Virus record (IMG/VR): IMGVR_UViG_3300047469_000094
Length of the DNA stretch: 64,000 nt
Reading direction: 5' to 3' (one strand)
DNA from: a virus
Taxonomy: Duplodnaviria; Heunggongvirae; Uroviricota; Caudoviricetes
The position numbers and the translations under genes were made by a program. Position 1 is the first letter of the stretch; every line of letters starts with the position of its first letter. Positions 58,429 to 64,000 of the stretch are shown here, in pieces. The notes beneath the pieces were generated by a model. That model was given only the letters and a program-made list of their open reading frames with translations, was not told the origin of the DNA and made no database searches.

Positions 58429-58587
58429 TTAGATAAACCAGCCTTTGATTCGTTTCACAACATGTACAACTACCTTTCTCACCCCGCTAGATCTAGCCCA
58501 TACTTCCAAGGCCAGATGCTTGACAAGGGCGAGCAGTTGTTCAGAGGACATTGCGGAAAAATCAAAAGTGCCTGCGTTCATAGTCAT
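58429..58587 (-). CDS. small hypothetical protein, first gene of the RT operon
   Basis: Likely start MTMNAG; promoter at 58680. Confidence 0.55.
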   Translation of the reverse strand: MTMNAGTFDFSAMSSEQLLALVKHLALEVWARSSGVRKVVVHVVKRIKGWFI

Positions 58588-58750
58588 GTTTACCGTATTT
58601 AGTTTTTCTTTGAGGGTTGGGTTTGGTTTACAATTTCCTTGAGTGGGCTTCTCATCGTAAAACAAGGTGCTACACTTTAGTTATACCAAAACGGTTTGTT
58701 TTATTGACAGGCTAAAAGAAGCCCAGTTACGGGCCTCCAGTCCCTTACTT

Positions 58751-59137
58751 TTAAGAGCAAGGGTATTTTTTACGTAACTCTTCGAGGTTTGCCAAGGTAG
58801 GATTTTTGAGGAACTCCTCAACACATTTTGAATCGACTCCTGCCTTAAGCAGCCACTCACTTGCATTGGCCCTCCACTGTTTCATCTCTTCTTCCTCACG
58901 AACTCTGAGCTCCTCTAGTAACTCCGAGGCCTCCGTCATGAGATTTTTGATAGCCTCTTCGGAGGTCTTATGATCATGAGCAAGACGGGTAACCATTGCC
59001 TCCAGTTCCGCCTTTATGATATCCACAGGTTTTGTAGGCTTCACTCGAAATAGACTTAAGAGTTTTTCCTTACCTATGTACGTAAGTCTTGCAAGATCAG
59101 ATATGTATCTTTTGGATTGCATGCGAAATCTCCCCAT
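58751..59137 (-). CDS. hypothetical coiled-coil protein
   Basis: 128 aa after the promoter at 59156. Confidence 0.65.
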   Translation of the reverse strand: MGRFRMQSKRYISDLARLTYIGKEKLLSLFRVKPTKPVDIIKAELEAMVTRLAHDHKTSEEAIKNLMTEASELLEELRVREEEEMKQWRANASEWLLKAGVDSKCVEEFLKNPTLANLEELRKKYPCS

Positions 59138-59195
59138 GTGTTGTTATCCATATCTCTTATACCAATCAAGGTAGGGTCGCCGTTAAAATAGAAAA

Positions 59196-60704
59196 ATGAA
59201 GAATCCAACCCCAGTACTTTTCGTTAGACAGAAGCACGACGCTAAGCGAGCGGGGCTTCACTACGATTACAGAATCGTAATTGATGACAAAGCTTTTTCG
59301 TGGGCGTCTAAAAAGGAGTTCCCAGAAGTAGGTAAACCTACGATCCTCTGGGAGCAACCTGTGCATGACGCCAAGTACGCCACTACTCCAAGCATCGTTA
59401 TCCCTGACGGTCAGTACGGGGCAGGTACCCAAGTAATAGACTACGCTCAGAAAGGTAGTTCCCAGACAATCAACAATGACTATCACTTAGAGTTAAACAA
59501 CGGTGATCGTTTCTTAATCAAAAAAGCCCCTGAACATTACGGTGAGAAGGCTTGGCTATTTCTCAGGAAGAAAGCGTTGGACGACAAGAACCCCTACCTT
59601 GAAAAGGCCGCTGCTGCTAAGAACAACGATGCGTCCGTAGCGATGGAAGGCTATGGAGGTCTGGCCCTTGCAGCAAGTTCCAAGTACCTTGGCAAGAAAG
59701 TGGCTGGGAAAATGAAGCCTGCTATTGAGCTGCATCGTGAAAACTATATGGCTAAGGCAAAAGCTGCTGGAAAGCCGTTTTCAAAAGGATACATGTCTGA
59801 GCTGGTGACCGGGGCCACTACGAACTCGAAGATGGTAGATCGTGCAAATATTGCGGCCAAGGTAACTCGCAAGGTAGCTATCGGTACAGGTGTGGCCATG
59901 ATAGGACATGCGGCCTACCGAGCGTATAAGGGGCATGATAAAAAGGCGAGCGAGTCTAACGTCTTCTTGGAGAAGGTAGCTAAGAAACGTGAACCGGGTG
60001 ACGGAGCACGAGAATTTATCGTAGGCGGTATCGGTGCTCACTTGACCACCAAGGCTCCCGGTAAACTCCTTGGGTATCACACCGCCTATCACGGTACCTC
60101 CAAAGAGAACGCAAAGAACATTCTGAAGAACGGTCTTAATAAGGCTCACGGTGGTACCAGGGGTTCGATAATCTCTCATGCTGGCCAGTCCGCTCAAGAT
60201 CATTTCGTAAACAATGCTAAGAACCACGTATACATGACTCGCAGCAAACTCGTGGGGATGACCTTTGCGGGTGACAGTGCTAAGCACATCAACGATGCAG
60301 GCGGTGCTACTGGGAAGGCAACGATTAACGCAGTGAAGGACGGTCTTAAAAACGGAAAGGTTTTGAAAGCAAGACTGTCCCACAACCAGTGGAATAAAGG
60401 CTTTAAGATGGACCCGGATTCGTTTGATATGATGACTCGGATAAGTAACCCTGAACACCTCCTGAAACACACGGCAGCCAGGTCCAGGAAGAACATTGGT
60501 GCGAACCAGTTTGCAGGCGGGGAAGGTAATAAAGGCATTGCCCGTTTCGCTACCAAGAATAACCTACGCAGATACTACGGCTCTAAAACCGGTAAAGCCC
60601 GTGCAGCCCTAGGCGCACTTCAACTGGTAGGCGGTGCTGCTATGGCAGTAGGTGCAGTAGCTCATAACCGTCATACTGGCGGCGTACTTTCGGATAAGAA
60701 GTGA
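59196..60704 (+). CDS. Tripartite protein: LigD-type 3'-phosphoesterase, membrane module and ADP-ribosyltransferase-like domain
   Basis: FVRQKHDAKRAGLHYDYRI...GQYGAG (PE); linkers NPYLEKAA (59589) and NVFLEKVA (59958); YHGTS..NAKNILKNGL...VYMT (ART). Confidence 0.8.
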   Translation: MKNPTPVLFVRQKHDAKRAGLHYDYRIVIDDKAFSWASKKEFPEVGKPTILWEQPVHDAKYATTPSIVIPDGQYGAGTQVIDYAQKGSSQTINNDYHLELNNGDRFLIKKAPEHYGEKAWLFLRKKALDDKNPYLEKAAAAKNNDASVAMEGYGGLALAASSKYLGKKVAGKMKPAIELHRENYMAKAKAAGKPFSKGYMSELVTGATTNSKMVDRANIAAKVTRKVAIGTGVAMIGHAAYRAYKGHDKKASESNVFLEKVAKKREPGDGAREFIVGGIGAHLTTKAPGKLLGYHTAYHGTSKENAKNILKNGLNKAHGGTRGSIISHAGQSAQDHFVNNAKNHVYMTRSKLVGMTFAGDSAKHINDAGGATGKATINAVKDGLKNGKVLKARLSHNQWNKGFKMDPDSFDMMTRISNPEHLLKHTAARSRKNIGANQFAGGEGNKGIARFATKNNLRRYYGSKTGKARAALGALQLVGGAAMAVGAVAHNRHTGGVLSDKK

Positions 60705-61450
60705 TGAATATCTACTTGGAGAAAATTGCTTCAACTGAAAAGAAGAGAGACCACATACACGGGTGGACCCGCACCGGTACGGTCATTGGGACGACTGCGG
60801 GGGCCATAGCCCTATCCACCCCGATAAACCATGGACTGGTACGAGCCGCACACAAAGGTCTGGCAGGGAACTCCGCAGTTACGGAGTCAGACGTAAACTC
60901 CTATCGGAAAAGTAAAAACCTACGCCATGTCATTAGGGGCGGTAATGGGATGTTCGACCATGAGCTTGCTGCTCACTACCTCCCTCCTGGATTCAGGGGG
61001 GTAAAGCGTCCAACCGTAAATGCTAAAGGTGCTGACCTTGCAATGCATGAATATGGCCATGCCCATAGCTTCAACAAGTATCGGAAGGCCATCGGTGGAA
61101 AAGGCGTCAGGGGTAAATTCATAATGCACTCCCTTTCTCAAAGATCGGCTCTTGGTCTAGGGGCATTGGTGGGAGGTTACGCTGCTACTTCTGATAACGA
61201 GAAAGTTCGAAAGGCAGCCCCGTACGCAGTCGCTGCTTCTGCGATACCAATGCTAGCGGAAGAGGCTCAAGCATCTCTCAGCCCTGCAAAACACCTCCTG
61301 AAGACTCGTGGTGCCAGCGTGGCTAAAAAGTTCCTCAAGAAAATGGCCCCTGCATACGGTACGTACTTAGCTGCTACTGCAACTGGTGTAGGCGCAGCTT
61401 CTTGGGCGAAGCATGTAAAGAACAAGGCTATTGAAAAGGCGAACAAGTAA
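60701..61450 (+). CDS. NxYLEKxA-tagged membrane zinc metallopeptidase (YugP/Zn_peptidase_2-like)
   Basis: MNIYLEKIAS; HEYGH; downstream EEAQAS and AYGTYL. Confidence 0.7.
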   Translation: MMNIYLEKIASTEKKRDHIHGWTRTGTVIGTTAGAIALSTPINHGLVRAAHKGLAGNSAVTESDVNSYRKSKNLRHVIRGGNGMFDHELAAHYLPPGFRGVKRPTVNAKGADLAMHEYGHAHSFNKYRKAIGGKGVRGKFIMHSLSQRSALGLGALVGGYAATSDNEKVRKAAPYAVAASAIPMLAEEAQASLSPAKHLLKTRGASVAKKFLKKMAPAYGTYLAATATGVGAASWAKHVKNKAIEKANK

Positions 61451-61996
61451 ATGACCAACGTCTACCTAGAGAAACTAGCAGGACACTACCAAGATCTCAA
61501 AGACTACCGTAAGAATCTCAACCGAGAAGCTGACGAGATCTACCACCGTGATTGGGCAGGACACATTCCAGGCCGTATATCTCAGAAGGCTATCGCTGAC
61601 TTCCGTGATGAGACTTACGTAGATGAGAACGGTGACGTTGTAACGCCCGATCTGAATGGTCTAGTCCGTGATCGAATGAAGACTCGGCACATAAACGCCA
61701 CCATAGAAAGGGACTACGGTAGTGACGTGGTCAGAAAGGCAGACGGTCTTGCTCATAACGGTGCTTCCTGGAAAGGTGCAGGAGCAATGCTATTGGGTGG
61801 TATCGGAGGTGCATCTGCGGCAAGGCTGCTGACCAAGCATCCGTTGGTAATCATGGGTGCAGGTATCACAGGTATGGGTCTTGGTGCTTACTCTGCTACT
61901 AAGCATGCTCTTGGCCGTGGCGAAGAGAAGGCGGATGAATACCTAGAAGGCGTTCATAACCAATATTTGCAGAAAGCAGCTTCTCTTTCTAAATGA
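61451..61996 (+). CDS. NxYLEKxA-tagged glycine-zipper membrane protein
   Basis: MTNVYLEKLAG; two Gly-rich helices; C-terminal NQYLQKAAS. Confidence 0.75.
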   Translation: MTNVYLEKLAGHYQDLKDYRKNLNREADEIYHRDWAGHIPGRISQKAIADFRDETYVDENGDVVTPDLNGLVRDRMKTRHINATIERDYGSDVVRKADGLAHNGASWKGAGAMLLGGIGGASAARLLTKHPLVIMGAGITGMGLGAYSATKHALGRGEEKADEYLEGVHNQYLQKAASLSK

Positions 61997-62940
61997 CCAA
62001 TACTTCTCCAGGTACTACAATGAACTCACCACATCCAAACCCGTACCTGGAGAAATCTGCTTCTATGCATTCCCGTGCTAAATACAACGACACTTTCAAG
62101 AAAGGTAGTGATGACAAACCAAAGCTATCGTCATTGAAATATGATGGCGCTTCGTATTTTCTATGCTATGACCGTTATGGAATCCCTACGTTTGTTTCTC
62201 GTAGGCCTTCCGTTTCAGGAGAGATCATTGAGAAGGCTGACCGAGTTCCTCACTTGGCCAAGACTTTGCTGTCTCAGGCAGGAAAGGTTTACAACGTAGA
62301 GCTTATTCATACAGGTCACGATCCGTATGCCCCGGAGTCACATGCCCGAGTATCTGGCCTACTTAACTCTCTTCCTGAGCGTTCTATTAGGGAGCAGTCT
62401 CAAGACGGTCCTATCCGTGCTGTAGTCTTCGACATGATCGAACCTAAGGTAAGTACCTTCAACGATAAGCTTCCTCACATACAAGGATTGATCTCTGATT
62501 TCGGAGATACCAATCTCATGTTCCATCCTGAGTATGCTCATGGTGTGGAGGGGATGAACGCTCTCATTGAGAAATCTAAAAAAGAAGGCCGTGAAGGCGT
62601 CATAACCCTTGATCCTACTGCTCCAGAGGCAAAGAACCCGAGGGTTAAACTTAAGCATAAGAACCACTACAATCTAAAGGTCAAAGCCATTCTTCAAGAG
62701 AAGGATATCTCCGGTAAGCCTAAGCCTAGTGCGGGTGCTCTCCTGTTGGAAGATGCTACCGGACGTGAGGTTGGCAAGGTGGGTACGGGGTTTGACCGTA
62801 GAACCAGAGAAGACATTTTCAAACACCCTAACGCTTGGTTAAACAAGCTGATCCAGGTTGAGGCGATGACGCCTACTGGTACAAAACTACGTCAGCCTGT
62901 CTACAACGGAGATGCTGACGGTGAACTGGATACTGTATGA
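61993..62940 (+). CDS. NxYLEKxA-tagged ATP-dependent DNA ligase
   Basis: NPYLEKSAS; KYDG (motif I), NVEL (III), VFD (IIIa), EGV (IV), VKLK (V), OB-fold KVGTGF. Confidence 0.9.
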   Translation: MTNTSPGTTMNSPHPNPYLEKSASMHSRAKYNDTFKKGSDDKPKLSSLKYDGASYFLCYDRYGIPTFVSRRPSVSGEIIEKADRVPHLAKTLLSQAGKVYNVELIHTGHDPYAPESHARVSGLLNSLPERSIREQSQDGPIRAVVFDMIEPKVSTFNDKLPHIQGLISDFGDTNLMFHPEYAHGVEGMNALIEKSKKEGREGVITLDPTAPEAKNPRVKLKHKNHYNLKVKAILQEKDISGKPKPSAGALLLEDATGREVGKVGTGFDRRTREDIFKHPNAWLNKLIQVEAMTPTGTKLRQPVYNGDADGELDTV

Positions 62941-63452
62941 CCCTACATGAAGACATGTTCCTTAAGCTTATTAGTAATTATCAAGCTTCTGGTCTAAGCT
63001 TGGATCGTGTGATTACCGATCCTCGATTTAAGGCGTTGCCACTTGCGGAGAAGGTCGAACTCCTAACGGATCACGGCCATACTATCCGTGCAGGTGCTAA
63101 AACCGATAGTCGTTTCTGGAAGGATATTGGGTTAGGAGTAGCCGGTACTGCGTTAATATTGGCAGATCCTATCTTGGATACTGTAAAAGGCACAATGAAT
63201 GCATACCACCATTCAGTCTCCAAATATGAAGCTCTCGGGGCAGGAGAACCATTCAATGAGCCTGCACCCGTATTCAAAAGCAAAGGTATAACCGATCTTG
63301 CCGTACGAGCAGCCGGTGCAGGTATTGCAGTTCCAAAGTTCTATACTGCTATGAACGCCCGTAAGAATATGAACATGGTCAAGAGCATGCTAAAAGACCA
63401 ACCGGGTTCTAATACCCAAGAAGATGCACTCAACGTAATTACCCGGAGCTAA
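62937..63452 (+). CDS. hypothetical late protein with hydrophobic helices
   Basis: 171 aa, coupled to the ligase gene. Confidence 0.7.
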   Translation: MTLHEDMFLKLISNYQASGLSLDRVITDPRFKALPLAEKVELLTDHGHTIRAGAKTDSRFWKDIGLGVAGTALILADPILDTVKGTMNAYHHSVSKYEALGAGEPFNEPAPVFKSKGITDLAVRAAGAGIAVPKFYTAMNARKNMNMVKSMLKDQPGSNTQEDALNVITRS

Positions 63453-63454
63453 CA

Positions 63455-64000
63455 ATGCTTGCCTACGATCTAAACAACATTCTGCAAATCGTCCCTGAAG
63501 CTGTCGGGATGGTAAAAGAAGCCTCCCTGTCAGAAGAGTTCCCAGTAGACAGTCGTGACTCCGCTTTGGCGTCCGGTCTGCAAATCTCGTATCTGACCAA
63601 AGTTGCTGGTGAGTCCGTTGACTACGCAACTCAAGAACGTGTCTCCCGTGCGGTCCTGGCCTACGGCCTCTCTGGTGAGCTTGAGAAGCTTGCCTCTCGT
63701 ATCGAGGCCTTCGGTATGGCCGAGAAGCAAGCGTCGCTCTACAACGCTCAGGAGAGCTTGCAGCTACAAGAAGAAGTGCTTCGTGGCAGCCTGGGCTTCC
63801 ACCAGGATCTGATCAAGGTTGCTAGCTACGCCGAAGACATCACTGCACGATTCAATGGCCAAGCATTCGGTTACGAAACCAGCCTGTACTCTGCCGGTCT
63901 TCCTTTCGGTGAATCCGAAGTGTCTAATGCATTGCAGAAGCGTGCCTACGAGACAGGTGATACTCGCTACAACGACATCCTTACCGTGGTTACCGAGTTC
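63455..64000 (+). CDS. putative head protein with K-x-A motifs (runs off the window)
   Basis: Hand translation MLAYDLNNILQIVPEAVGMVKEAS...; TKVAG, EKLAS, EKQAS, IKVAS, QKRAY. Confidence 0.7.
   Translation, partial: MLAYDLNNILQIVPEAVGMVKEASLSEEFPVDSRDSALASGLQISYLTKVAGESVDYATQERVSRAVLAYGLSGELEKLASRIEAFGMAEKQASLYNAQESLQLQEEVLRGSLGFHQDLIKVASYAEDITARFNGQAFGYETSLYSAGLPFGESEVSNALQKRAYETGDTRYNDILTVVTEF

Noticed and set aside
1-64000. tRNA, rRNA, integrase/att sites, inteins
   Set aside because: No cloverleaf with a T-loop consensus, rRNA-like tract, recombinase motif or intein splice motif was recognised by eye

Overview
This 64-kb window is part of a large, lytic-type myovirus genome with a contractile tail. 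Minus-strand genes form an early/middle class: nucleotide metabolism (nrdA/nrdB, thyX, dUTPase, dCMP deaminase, 5'-nucleotidase, MazG), HU, TerB, GroES, an SF2 helicase, a BRO-N protein and many small cassettes. Most of these follow a repeated TCAAT-N19-TATAAG promoter and end in hairpin-TTTTAG(C) terminators. Plus-strand genes form a late class: portal, prohead protease, scaffold, capsid, neck, sheath, tube, spike and a multi-subunit RNA polymerase split at non-canonical points. Many follow a TAAAAT motif. Highlights: (1) A shared N-x-[YF]-L-E-K-x-A tag on at least 8 late proteins, also used as an internal linker. It looks like a capsid-targeting/protease-cleavage signal for a modular cargo set: a LigD-type 3'-phosphoesterase, an ADP-ribosyltransferase-like domain, a zinc peptidase, an ATP-dependent DNA ligase and glycine-rich membrane proteins. 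(2) A retron-type reverse transcriptase in a three-gene early operon with no obvious adjacent msr-msd. (3) Two late-promoter-driven candidate ncRNAs at 53.9-54.2 kb. (4) A ~500-bp iteron-rich inverted repeat around an AT-rich core (origin or packaging site candidate). No rRNA, tRNA or CRISPR array was seen. All protein calls are by eye from motifs; no database search was run.
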